The notes under the pieces: model-generated
The model's database searches: none
What the model was told of the DNA's origin: nothing
What the model saw: only the letters and a program-made list of their open reading frames with translations
Shown here: in pieces, positions 37,628 through 49,418 of the stretch
How the letters are laid out: each line of letters begins with the position of its first letter
How positions within the stretch are numbered: position 1 is the stretch's first letter
Made by a program: the position numbers and the translations under genes
DNA from: Centroscyllium fabricii
Taxonomy: Eukaryota
Assembly (NCBI GenBank): GCA_051313645.2
Contig: JBNRSN020000008.1
Location: 94,240,001 to 94,304,000, forward strand
Length of the DNA: 64,000 nt
Direction: 5' to 3'

Positions 37628-38057
37628 AAGCTTGCATAGTGGATGGATAAATTAAATTCAATGTAGCCAAGTGTGAGGTGGTTCATTTTGGTAGGAGGAA
37701 TAAAGAGGCCACTTATTCCTCAGAAGGCAAGAAACTAAATGGGGTAGAGGAGCAGAGAGATCTGGGAATACAGTTACATAAATCATAAACCATAGAGTGA
37801 AAACAATGTACTAGGTTAACCACATGCAGGCCACGTTTGCCTAAATGTAGCTGGCCAGCGTTTTTGCAAAAGGAGCCTCAAAAAGGTGTTAGGCCTCATT
37901 TTGCATAAGCAAAGGGCGTATCTGTTCCAGGCGTGGGATCTGGATACCTTTTTTTCTCCCTTTACCAAATGTCAAGACAAGCATAATGTGTGCACGCACG
38001 CCGGCCAATATATTGGATGTTTTGGTGCCCTTTTTACGCCTGTAAAAAGGTCGTGGT

Positions 38058-38197
38058 CAATGTTCCCTTTAATTTTGGGGGGGCTGTGTAGCCCATTCAA
38101 AAATCTGTGCATGCGCAGTTTTTGCATTGAAGAGCCGGCTCACTGGCTGCGGGGGATCTCAAGTGCTGCGTGGCCATATAGCTTAAAGGCGACATTG
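38058..38197. mobile_element. Short hAT MITE (family M3)
   Basis: TIR CAATGTTCCCTTTAA / TTAAAGGCGACATTG; perfect 8-bp TSD gtcgtggt. Confidence 0.85.
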
Positions 38198-38689
38198 GTC
38201 GTGGTGTCAACTAATTTCCAGGCTCTGGTCTCCATACTACAAAAAGTATCTCAACACAATGGAGAAAGTGCAGAATGGCAAAGTAGTAATAATAAATTTG
38301 TACAAGGCAACGATTAGGTCACACAGTTAGAGTACTATTCAGTTTTGGGTGCCCAATTATGGAAAGGACATTAAAGCCATAGAAACCACATTGTGTAGAT
38401 TCATGAGGGATGGAAAGTTATATTAATGAAGGACTTGAGGTACTTGAACTATTTCTACTGAAACAGAGAAGGCTAAGGGATTTAACAGGTTTCAAAAACG
38501 ATTTCACCTGGTTGGAGAGTCAGTGACAAGGGATTACCAAATTAGATTTTTGATTCAAATGCAAGCATAAATTATGCATCAACCAAAGGAAACGATTACT
38601 TCTCAAAATATACTGTAAGCAATGTTTAATATTTTCACACTTTCTTCAGGAATGGCCGCCTTTTTGAGCGACTATCTGAATGACAGTCA

Positions 38690-39050
38690 TGTCCTCAAGG
38701 CATTAGTTTGCTTGCTGGAGTCCAGTTCCATGCCCAATTGGCCATTATTCATACCGTGGCAGTGAGCGACAGGAGGTGATTCATTCGTGGAGTAATCACA
38801 GCCAAGCCCAATTCTGTCCTTGCCTGACAAGGCAAATGCACTTCCAACTGAGGTCACTGATAACAATTGAAAGGCAGAGGTTCTCTCCACGCCCACACCC
38901 CAATCCACTGCACCCCATTTCTGAGTACATAGCGGGCAATTATAATGTATCTACTGCTGCCCTGTTTAAAATAAAACTCAGCTAATTCAACACAAACCAG
39001 AGACTAAACCTGGGATTGTTCTGGTCTGTAATGCTCAACTACTCATTGGA
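38690..39050 (-). mobile_element. Old unclassified SINE-like repeat (related fragments at about 18760-18870 on + and 11820-12070 on -)
   Basis: Shared head resembling acagaccag...cccaggttt...ctggt.tgtg.tga.ttagctga. Confidence 0.45.
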
Positions 39051-39366
39051 GAAACTCACTTTAGAACTGGGGGGAGATGCATAATTTTTTTTTCTAAAAG
39101 TAAAATTCTGAACCTGTCCCACCTCCTTCAATAGTCATTATGAGTGGTGCCCAGATCAGGATGCCACCGTAGCTACCTTTCCATGAATGAAATTGAAATA
39201 GAGGGTCTTCATCTAGCCTTGGTTCCCAATATAACCTGCTGCTCCTTGTGCTTAGCGGACCGTGGAGTCGTGATGAGGACAGCAGCCTTATCCGAGGTAA
39301 CCACTATTGTGTTTTTCTTTAAATGCGAACTTTTTAAAACCTTGGGCTGTCTTTTCAGATGAGCAA

Positions 39367-39760
39367 CATAGAAACATAGAAGATAGGAGCAGGATTAGGC
39401 CATTCGGCCCCTCGAGCCCGCTCCGCCATTCAATGAGATCATGGCTGATCATCCAAACCCAGCACCCCGCCCCTGCCTTGTCCCCATATTCCTCTCGAGC
39501 CTGTACCGACACATATCCCACCCTATCCCCGTAACCCCACATATTCAATCCCCCTAACACTAAGGGTCAATTTATCATGGCCAATCAAACTAACCCGCAC
39601 ATCTTTGGACTGTGGGAGGAAACTGGAGCACCCGGAGGAAACCCACGCAGACACGGGGAGAATGTGCAAACTCCACACAGATAGTACCCGAGGCTGGATT
39701 TGAACCCGGGTCTCTAGTGCTGTAAGGCAACAGTGCTAACCACTATGCCACCGTGCCACC
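39367..39760 (-). mobile_element. HE1 SINE body fused to a CR1 3' UTR tail
   Basis: HE1 head and V-domain at about 39495-39760, followed by about 130 bp matching the CR1 3' UTR at 3519-3640. Confidence 0.85.
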
Positions 39761-40353
39761 CGTGAGTACTGGAACATAATATTGTAGGGTCTTAACCTGC
39801 AGTATTCCTTTGGCACAACCAAAGCTATTCCGTGAACAAATGTTTTTAAGGTTTGAATTAATGTGATGCAGATCAATTCAGCTGGATAGCCTTAGAAGTT
39901 AAAGAAGGGCAATCAAATCAACTGCAAAATCATGGCTAGAATCAGACTCCAGTTTGACAGCAACATGTGGCCATGTCCTCACAGATTTTGGCATTTGCAA
40001 AACTAAACCGGGAAAACAAAGGTTAGAATTTAAATAGGCAGCAGGTGTGAAATTTATCAAGAGGGAATGTGCAACACACTGACTGAAAACACTCCCCTCG
40101 GGATGGCGTGTTACCTTGTTCTTCCACGAGTGTCACACCTGTACCACATGGGGTTTGGCAAGTTATGATTTGATTAAACCTTTCCATGAGTTAAATATGC
40201 CTCGTAACACAATGTTGCTCCTTTGAATATTCCATTTCTTTTAAAGGCTGTTATTTAGACAATTTAGAATTATTTTAGAATATAATGTGCATGAAGTAAG
40301 CAACAGCACCCTGCATTTATAAATGCAAGAAGTCACACAACACCAGATTATAG

Positions 40354-42058
40354 AACATAGAACATACAGCACTGTACAGGCCCTTGGGCCCTCAATGTAG
40401 TGCCGCGCTTAGTCCGTCTCTGATTTTTCCTGTCCCCCCTACTCTTCCTTCCCCTCCATGTACCTATCTATCATCCTTTTAAAAGCACCCAGACTGTCCA
40501 CATCCACTATTTCAGATGGTAGCCTATTCCATTCCCCGACCACTCTCTGCGTAAAGAACTTGCCCCTGCCATCCCTTCTGAATCTTCCTCCTTGAATCTT
40601 GTGCTCGTGTCCTCTTGTTGTCGTTCTTCCCACCCGGGGAAACAGTCTCTGCACGTTTACTCTATCGATCCCCTTCATCATTTTAAACATCTCTATTAAG
40701 TCCCCCCTCTTCCTTCTCCGTTCCAGGGAGAAGAGTCCCAGCTCCCTCAACCTCTCCTCGTACGACTTTCCCCCCATTCCCGGCAGCATCCTGCTGAATC
40801 TCCTCTGCACCCTCTCCAGCGCCTCCACATCTCTCCTGTAGTACGGTGCCCAGAACTGCACACAGTACTCCAAGTGTGGTCTCACCAGTGACCTGTACAG
40901 CTGTAGCATGACCTCCCGGTTCTTAAACTCTATTCCCCTGTTGATGAAGGCCAATACACCATAGGCCTTTTTTACTGCCTTGTCCACCTGGGTGGCAGCC
41001 TTCAATGATCTGTGTACATATACTCCCAGATCCCTTTGCTCCTCTGCTTCACTCAGGACCCTGCCGTTGACCCTATATTCCCTCTTCCTATTTGCCCTAC
41101 CGAAGTGCATCACCTCGCATTTCCCCGTGTTGAACTCCATTTGCCATTCTTCAGCCCAGCTCTGCATCCTATCTATATCCCTCTGAATCTTTCTACTTCC
41201 TTCCTCCTCATCCACTACTCCCCCAATCTTTGTGTCATCTGCAAATTTGCTGACCCACCCCTCAGTCCCCTCCTCCAAGTCATTGATAAAGATTACAAAT
41301 AGTAGTGGCCCCAACACCGACCCCTGTGGTACCCCACTGGTGACCGGTCTCCAGCCCGAGTATTGGCCCTCTAGCACTACCCTCTGCTTCCTCTGAGCCA
41401 GCAAGTTCTCAATCCATCCCACCACTTCGTTGTTTACCCCGCAACTCCTTACTTTCTTCATGAGTCGACTGTGCGGGACCTTGTCGAACGCCTTGCTGAA
41501 GTCCATATATATGACATCAACCGCCTTTCCCTCGTCCACACACTTGGTCACCTCTTCAAAGAATTCTATCAGGTTGGTCAGGCACGATTTGCCCTTAACG
41601 AATCCGTGCTGACTGCTCCTGATTAATTTGCCCCTTTCTAGATGGTCGTAGATCCTGTCCCTCAGGACCCTTTCCATCACCTTTCCGACTACCGAGGTAA
41701 GGCTGACTGGTCTGTAGTTCCCTGGCACGTCCCTGCTCCCCTTTTTAAATATGGGAACCACATTCGCCTCTCTCCAGTCCTCAGGGACTATCCCCGAGGA
41801 TAGCGAGGAACTAAAGATAGAGGTCAGTGGCTCTGCGATTTCGTTCCTCGCTTCCCAGAGAATCCTTGGATATATCCCGTCCGGCCCAGGAGATTTGTCT
41901 ACCTTCAGTTTCTCCAAAATATCTAATACCTCCCCCCTCTGAATATTTACTTCCCCCATCCTTTCCCCTTGTATCTTGAACTCCTCCTCTACTTTTAGTT
42001 CCCTCTCCCTTGTGAACACGGACGCAAAATATTCATTTAGTGCTTCCCCAATTTCCTC
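40354..42058 (-). mobile_element. Young 5'-truncated CR1 LINE with an uninterrupted ORF2 RT portion
   Basis: ORF 40439..42019 (526 aa, no stops) with KSPGPDGI, NYRPVSLTS, YMDFSKAFDKVPH, GVPQGSVLGP and KFADD. TSD tatag and (ttctatg)n tail. Confidence 0.95.
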
Positions 42059-42083
42059 TATAGTCCAACAGTTTTATTTTGAA

Positions 42084-42121
42084 TCACAAGCTTTCGGAGC
42101 TTTTGCCCCTTCGTCAGGTGA
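42084..42121 (-). ncRNA. Putative minimal hammerhead ribozyme (Penelope type)
   Basis: The minus strand reads UCAC-CUGACGA-A-GGGGC-AAAA-GCUCC-GAAA-GC-UU-GUGA. It has the conserved core, helix I (UCAC/GUGA), helix II, and a palindromic AAGCUU in place of helix III. Confidence 0.65.
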
Positions 42122-44045
42122 AAGACGAAGGGGCAGAAGCTCCGAAAGCTTGTGATTTAAAATAAAACTGTTGGACTATAACCTGGTGTTGTGTGACTTC
42201 TTGCATTTGTCCACCCCAGTCCAACACCGGCACCTCCACATCATGGCTGCATTTATAAACACTCTACTATTTATTCGAAGTTTCTTAATTAGAATCACTG
42301 GATAATTCAATTTTTTAAAAACACAAAACAAGTTTGGATTAATGGGAGTAGCACATTTAATGTAAATGTCTACATGTTTCCCCTCATGACATCACCCACA
42401 CACATGGGGGGGGGGGGGGGGCGAGGTTCACTTCCATGTGTATGCCTTGGATACTCAGTTCTACTTCCCATGACCACACAGCCATTTCTGTGCTGTTAGA
42501 CATTTGAATAGTTGAAAAACTAACTGTTTTAATTAGAACAGAGAAGATTAAGGGGTGATTTGATAGAGGTGTTTAAAATTATGAAGGGATGTGACATGGT
42601 TGATAGGAGGCTTCACATGTCCTGGACAATGATGTGTGTAGAAGTGCCTCTAATTGCTCAAACTCAAGGTTTGAGCTTGAGAAGCGGCTGGAGTCACTGC
42701 AGGGCATACGGGACGCTGAGAATTTCCTGGCCCACACATTCCAGGAGGCGGTCACCCCACAGCTCCAGAGGGTTCAGGAGAACAGTATTTGGATGACCAT
42801 CTGGCAGAGTAAAAGGAGGCAGGCAGTGCAGGAATCCTCCGGATGTTTGGCATTCTCACATGACAACACCTTGGGGGGAGTGCAGTCTAGAGCACATCCA
42901 CGGCACTGTGGGCAAATGACTGCGCAGGGGGCACAGCAAAGTGTAAAAATGCAGTGGTCATAGGGGATTAATTAGTCTGGGGGGGATAGAACATTTTGGG
43001 AGGCGGGGGGGGTTGGAAAAGAGAAAGAAAATGGGAACAGCCAGAAGTCATGGTCTGTATGGGAACCAAAGAAACTGGAAGGAAATTGGTTGAGGTCCTG
43101 CAGTCAGAGTTTCAGGAGTTGGGGAGGAAGTTAAAAAGCAGCACCTCAAACTGAAGTAATGCAACGCACTAGTGAGAATAGAAATAGGAGAAAAACAGGT
43201 TAAAGAACAACTGGGAAAATAGCTTCAGATTCCTGGAGCTTTGCGACTAGTTCGGTGGGTGGGTTGCACCTCAACAGAACTGGGACCCATGTTCTCGCGG
43301 GAAGGTTAACTAGTACAGTGGGGGAGGGTTTAGACTAATTTCGCAGGGGGGTGGGCACCAGGATGAAATGTTAGAGAGAAGAAACAAGGCGCAGAGAAGA
43401 CTGGGAGAGGGAACTAGCACTAGCGTAAAGAACAGTTCAGAAACAGGAGGGATGAGTCGGGGGGAAAATGCGAAGCAGTCCAAGTTGGGTTTGGAGTGCA
43501 TGTACATAAATGCATGGAGTGTCGTAAATAAGGTTGGTGAGCTGCAGACACAAGTCGTCACCTGGGACAATGATACAGTGGCAATAACAGACCTAGCTCA
43601 AAAAAGGGGAGGACTTGGAGCATAATATTTCTGGCTACAAGTTATTCAGGAAAGATAGGGAAGGATAAAAAAGGACTGGGGGGGGGGGGGGGGGGGTGGG
43701 CAGCATTGATCAAAGAAACTATTCTCGCATTGAAGCAGCATGATGTGGTTGAGGGGCCAAAGACAGAGTCTATTTGGTTAGAATTAACAATAAGAGGAGC
43801 GGTTACACTACTGGGTGTACACTATAAGCCACCGAATAGTCAAAAGGAGGTAGAAGAGCAAATGTGCAGGCAAATGACAGAAAAATACAAGAATTAGAGT
43901 AGAGATAATGGGGGACTTCAAGTGTCCTAATATAGACTGGGATAGTAACAGTGTAAAGGGCAAACAGACAGGAATTCCTGAAATGTGTACAAGATAACTT
44001 TCTTGATCAGTCAGTGTGTTCCTAGCCAGACGAGGAAGGAAGCAG

Positions 44046-44237
44046 AAATAAAAGAAAATGCTGAAAACACACAGGTCAGGCAACATCTGTGACACGAGGA
44101 AGAGTTAACGTTATAGTCGATCATCAACCTGAAACTTTAACACACTTTCTCTCGCCAGATGCTGTCTGACCATCTGAGTATTTCCAGCATTTTCTGTTTA
44201 TATTTCACATTTCCAGCATCAGCAGTATTTTGCTTTT
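44046..44237. mobile_element. Palindromic Penelope-derived element (second family)
   Basis: 14-bp TSD gaggaaggaagcag (44032-44045, 44238-44251). Inverted arms aaaatgctg...acatctg / cagatg...cagcatttt fold back at the hammerhead helix II/GAAA region. Confidence 0.8.
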
Positions 44238-45869
44238 GAGGAAGGAAGCAGTGCTGAATCTAGTTCTGGGGAATGAAATGGGGCATGTGGAGCATGTTTC
44301 AGTGGGAGAGCATTTGTTAAGTGATCATTTAATGATGTTTAGATTAGTTATGGAAAAGGACAAGGTGCAATGAAACGTAAAAAATATTTAACTGGAGGGC
44401 GGGTAACTTCAGCGAGTTGAAAAGTGATCTGACCCAGCTGGATTGGAATCAAAAATTGGTGGGCAAAACAGTAACTGAACAATGCAAGGCCTTCAAAGAG
44501 AAGGTGGTTCTTGTACAGAGTAGACATTCCTACGAGGAAAGGAAGGACACCCAAAGCTAGAGTTCCCTGGATGACCAAAGATAGAGATTAAAATGAGACA
44601 AATAAAGGAGGCTTATGACAATTGCAAGGTTCATAATACAGTCGAGAACCAAGCTGAATATAGAAAGTACAGAGGGGATCCAAAAAAAGGGAATAAGAGG
44701 GGCAAAGAGCGAGAGTATGAGAATAGATTAGCAGCCATTAAAAAAGGGAACCCAAAAGTCATTTATAAATACAAATAGTAAAAAGGTAGTCAAGGAAGAG
44801 TGGGGCCATTAGGGAACAAAAAGGATATCTTCTTGGAGGCAGAGGAACTACACGAGTACTTTACATCTGTCTTCACCAGAGAAGAGGATGCTGACAATGT
44901 AGCAGTAAAGGATCTATTTTTATCCTATCCAGTTTCCAGTAACAGCCTTCTCAACCTTCAAAGATTTGTGTACATACACTTCCACGTCTTTATTCCTGCA
45001 CCTCCTTTAAAATTGCACTATTTAGTTCATATTGATAATCTGTTCTCCTTCATATCTGCCAGAGGACTGGAATATTGGAAATTTACACTCTGGTTTAAAC
45101 AAGGGAAGAGGGATAAACCCAGCAACTACAGGCCAGTCAGTCCAACGTCTGTGGTGGGGAGACTTTGATACAGCAATCCGGGACAGAATTCATCGGCATT
45201 TGGAAAAGTATGGACTAATAAATGAAAGTCACCATGGATTTGTTAAAGGAAAGTAATGTTTTACGAACTTGATCGAGTTATTTGATGAAGTAACGGAGAG
45301 GGTAGTGTGGGTGATGTGTATATGGACTTTCAAAAGGCATTTGACAAAGTAACACATAAGAGACATGTTAGCAAAATTAAAGCCCATGGAATTAATGGGA
45401 CAGTGGCAGCATAGATACAAAACTGGTTAAGGGACAGAAAGCAGAGTAGTGATGAACGGTTGTTTTTCAGACTGGAGGGTAGTATACCGTCACGTTCACC
45501 AGGGGTTGGTATTAGGACCACTGCTCTTTTAGATATATATTAATGGATCTGGACTTGTGTATACAGGGCATAATTTCAAAGTTTGCAGATGATACAAAAC
45601 TCAAATGTAGTAAACAATGAGGATAGTAACAGACTTCAGGAGGACAGACAGACTGGTAAAATGGGCAGACATATGGCACATGCAAAATTAATGCAGAAGT
45701 GTGAAGTGATGCATTCTGGTAGGAAGAATGAGCAGAGGCAATAGGAACTAAGTGGTACAATTTTAAAGGGGGTGCAAGAACAAAGAGATCTGGGGGTGCA
45801 TGTACATTAATATTTGAAGATTGAGAAGGCTGTTAAAAAAGCTCAACGGATCCATGACTTTTATTAATG

Positions 45870-46425
45870 CAGCAAGTGCCTCACCTGACTCCCCAAAGAC
45901 GTCCACCATCTGCAAGGCACAAGTCAGTAGTGTGATGGAATACTCTCCACTTGCCTGGATGAGTGCAGCTCCAATAATACTCAAGAAGCTCGACACCATC
46001 CAGGCCAAAGCAACCCATTTGACTGGCACCCCATTCACCAGCTTAAACATTCACTCCCTCCACCACCAGCGCACCGTGTCTGCAGTGTGTACCAGCTCCA
46101 AGATGCACTGCAGCAATTCGCCAAGGCTTCTTCGACAGCACTTCCCAAACCCACAAACTCTACCACCTAGAAGTACAAGGGTGAATGGGAGCACCATCAC
46201 CTGCAAGTTCCCCTTCAAGTCACACACCATCACGACTTGGCAATATATTGCCGTTCCTTCATTGTCGCTGGGTCAAAATCCTGGAACTCCCTCCTTAACT
46301 GTGGGAGTACCTTCAACACGCGGACTTCAGCGGCTCACCAGCACCTTCTCAAGGGCAATTAGGGATGGACAATAAATGCTGGCCTTGCCAGAGATGCCCA
46401 CATCCCAGAAACGAATAAATAAAAA
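45870..46425 (+). mobile_element. 3' end of a second CR1-group LINE family (a possibly related internal fragment at about 22520-22950)
   Basis: ORF 45821..46375 encodes ICKAQVSSVMEYSPLAWMSAAP..LKKLDTIQAKA, followed by a 3' UTR with aataaa. Confidence 0.75.
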
Positions 46426-47019
46426 GAGGAATCGAGTACAAAGCAAGAAAGTTTATACAGCACTGGTTTAGTCTCAGCTGGAGCAGCATGTTCAACTTTG
46501 GGCAGAAACTTTAGGAAGAATGTCAAGGCGTTGGAGTGCGCGCAGAATAATTTACTAGAATGGTACCAGGGATGCGGGACTTCAGTTCAGTTACATGGAG
46601 AAACTGGAGATGCTGGGTTGTTCTCCTTAGAACAGAGAAGGTTTATGAAGAGATTTGATAGAGGTGTTCAAAATCATGAATGGTTTTGATAGCGTAAATA
46701 AGGAGAAACTCTTTCCAGTGGCAGAAGGGTCGGTTTCCAGAGGACACAGATTTAGGTTTCTGGCAAAAGATCCAGAGGCGACAGGAGGAACTTTTTGTTT
46801 TACACTGCGAGTTGTGGTGATCTGGAATATACTGCCTCACGGTGGAAGCAGATTCCAGATTAATATTCAAAAGAGAATTGGATAAATACTTGAAGGGAAA
46901 AGATTTACAGGGCTATGGGTAAAGAGCAGGGGAGTGGGATTCATTGGATAGCTCTAAAAAGAGCCGGCACAGGCATAACAGGCTAAATGGCCTCCTTCTG
47001 TGCTGTATCATTCTCTGAT

Positions 47020-47365
47020 TTTTTTATGTCCTCATTTATAATTCCTCCATGGCCTTGCCCCATCCTACCTCTTCTCCACTCTTGCGTCCACTCAGGCCCT
47101 TTGATTCTGACCCGAGGTGCAGCACCGTCTCCCTTTGTTCCACCCTTTATGGCACAGCTTTGAGCTGTCTTAACTCTACACTTTGAGACTTCTCTGACTC
47201 TGTCTCCAACCCACCTTTAAAAACCATCTCAAAAAACATCTCTCCAACCAGGTTTTCAGTCATCTCTCCTATTCTTCCTGCAAAGGCTTGGCAGCCGCTC
47301 CTTTTCTCTTCTGTAAAAGGCCTTGGGATGTTTTTCTATGTTAAAGGTGAAATATAAATACACAT
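47020..47365 (+). mobile_element. L2 LINE 3' end, decayed (an L2 endonuclease fragment also lies at about 47800-48085 on -)
   Basis: Tail gtaaaaggccttgggatgttttt.ctatgttaaagg...tataaat, shared with the SacSINE1 tail type. Confidence 0.6.
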
Positions 47366-48140
47366 TGGTTTTTCCATTTTTATGCACGAGGCTTAATTAT
47401 GGAGTAATCACACCTTTTACATTTTTTAAAAACCTGTAAGAGTCTGACTGGGTGCTAACCAGTACAAAGCCTCCTCCTTCATCCAGAACAACATGAACTC
47501 ATGCCACCCTTGCAATTAACTTTTCTTCCCAACCTCATTATGCCTTATGCCTTTATTTAAAATAAATTACTTTCCATTACCCCACCATCCCCTTCTCACC
47601 TCCGATGAGACATTAATTTCTCAAAAAAAGAATTTTTCCAAATCAAAATCAGACAGAATTTAGAAATTTAAGTCTTTTGGCAAGATACTGTGAATTTACC
47701 AAAGTAAAACAATATTCCCAAGTAAGGATGGGTTAAAAATACACAGTATACATACTTCTGGTGGGGTATGATTAAATTGTAGTGACACAACTGCATCAAA
47801 AGACAGAGGTGAAGGAGTGATTGAGTAGACGGAGAGCTGCAGATGCATCATGGCGACCTGAGGGCCAAAGGCTAGACAGTTGGCAATTTGAAAGTGCCAC
47901 TGTAAGCGACTTGGGAAAGAGAGTTTATTCAGAGGTAGCTGGAGAAGGAAGTGGGGTTAGAAGAGAGAAGGGGGATGCAAGTGGTGAGGGATAGAAGGAA
48001 GTGATCAGAGGTGGCCTCATCTGTGATTGAGACAATGGGAATAGAGAGGCCACGAGAGATGGCAAGGTCAAGAGATGGCCGTAACAAAGTTTTCCTTTTT
48101 CATGTCTTATATTGTGTCCTTATGCATACCAAAGAAAATA

Positions 48141-48496
48141 CAGGTTGAACACCATTATAACGGCACGGGCAGGACTAGGCCCGGGCCGGTATAGCGGAAA
48201 AAACGGAACGACGAAGCCGGCCAGTGCGCACGCGCACCATTCAAAATGGCCACGTGCATGCGCATAACGTTAGAAAAGGCCACTGGAAGTTTTAAATGGT
48301 CTACGCAGATCATTCAAAACTTCCGGTGGCCATTGTGAATGATCTGCGCATGTGCTCGCCGGTGCATGCGCAGATCATTCGCCGAAGCATCGATCACAGC
48401 GGCCATTTTGCACATGCGCAGGACAGTCAGGGCGATTTATGCCGGCCAACTGAAGTTGCCGGCTTTCCGGTTACCGGATAAACTGTGTTCAACCTG
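48141..48496 (+). mobile_element. Tc1/pogo (Tigger-like) MITE, family M1
   Basis: TA|CAGGTTGAACACCATTATAACGG ... CCGGATAAACTGTGTTCAACCTG|TA. Confidence 0.86.
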
Positions 48497-48847
48497 TAAC
48501 TGTATTTCAGTGAGCTGCAATTTATAATGTTTATCGGAATGTTGATAATTTAACGGGAAAGCCAGCATAAATACAGCAAATTTAATATTTTTCTCTCTGT
48601 TGGGACTATTTTTAATTGACTGAATACTGTAGCATATAAATGCAAGCAGTAGCATATTCCCTTAACTTTAGTACAGTTTGTTCACCTTTGCAGGAAATAC
48701 TAGGCAGTTTCGGAGATGTTAACTACAGAAAGAAAATTAAATGCTAGAAGAGAGGTACTTCAGATTACATATCATTTACCCACCAAAATAAACCTTTGCC
48801 TGAAAAGTGTTGTACTTTGGATCTGTGTTTATTGTCACAAAACAGAC

Positions 48848-49418
48848 CTGCAAGGCTGTCTGGTCGTGGTGGAACCATCCTCTCATAGATTTCTGGTGAC
48901 TGGAGACAATAAAAATCAGTATCAATGGCATGGGATCTTTGTAGTGGTGCTGCCATATGTTGAGGGACGGCAGTCATAGTGGACCGTGCAGGAGATGATG
49001 ATCCGGTTTGAGCTTGGGGTGGAGAGTTTACTCTTGTTTGTGCAGTTGCTAAAGTGAGAGGTGAACCCACTCTCAACGAAGAGCCCAAAGTCTGGTATGG
49101 AGAGGTGGCTCTGCTGGAATTAGTAGGTTGTCTTGTAACTGAACCAATTCGTCGAATTGTAGCTGGTGATGTCGATCTCTGTGTGGTATGTGGAGAACCT
49201 GCTCGCTGAGCTGGCAATGTTGAAGACAAGTAAACTGTAGAATTATTGGACCGAGGTTCAGTTAATGCTGGTGAGCCGTAAGCACTCCCCAGAGATGTTC
49301 TCAGTGATCCCCTTGATGGTGACATTCCAGTACCGTAAGCTGGCGATTGTGTTCTAGATGGAACTGAACTAACTCTTCTCATTGCCCTATTGGTTGTAGC
49401 AGCAACATGCATTGGACC
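48848..49418 (-). CDS. PKP4: Plakophilin-4 coding exon C (about human exon 7), Ser/Pro-rich head
   Basis: Boundaries aaacag|GGT and GCAG|gtctgt; 571 nt, phase 0-1. Encodes NRAMRRVSSVPSR...IRRIGSVT...IYERMVPPRPDSLA. Confidence 0.93.

Larger units (their letters stand above)
32980..38540 (+). mobile_element. Ancient near-full-length CR1 LINE (ORF1 esterase and ORF2), heavily decayed with several nested insertions
   Basis: ORF 34613..34990 contains VVIHAGTNDI (SGNH esterase of CR1 ORF1). Downstream are endonuclease and RT remnants (KMPEDW, cagcatggatt, aaggcctttgat, tacattaatgatctgg). Confidence 0.75.
40324..42246. mobile_element. Palindromic Penelope-derived element, split by a CR1 insertion
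   Basis: 13-bp TSD ctgcatttataaa (40311-40323, 42247-42259). About 85-bp inverted arms (40321-40353 plus 42064-42115, versus 42124-42208). Confidence 0.85.
42530..47015 (+). mobile_element. Decayed near-full-length CR1 LINE with nested insertions
   Basis: ORF1 remnant (LEKRLESLQGIRDAENFL), endonuclease CMYINAWSVVNKVGEL, RT NYRPVS and HGFVKGK, and a 3' UTR ending about 47015. Nested pieces at 44046-44237, about 44910-45030 (inverted) and 45870-46420. Confidence 0.82.

Noticed and set aside
43678-43700. Poly-G tracts (also about 15681, 30895, 35151 and 42406) as G-quadruplex elements
   Set aside because: They are simple homopolymer expansions, mostly inside decayed repeats, with no evidence of function.
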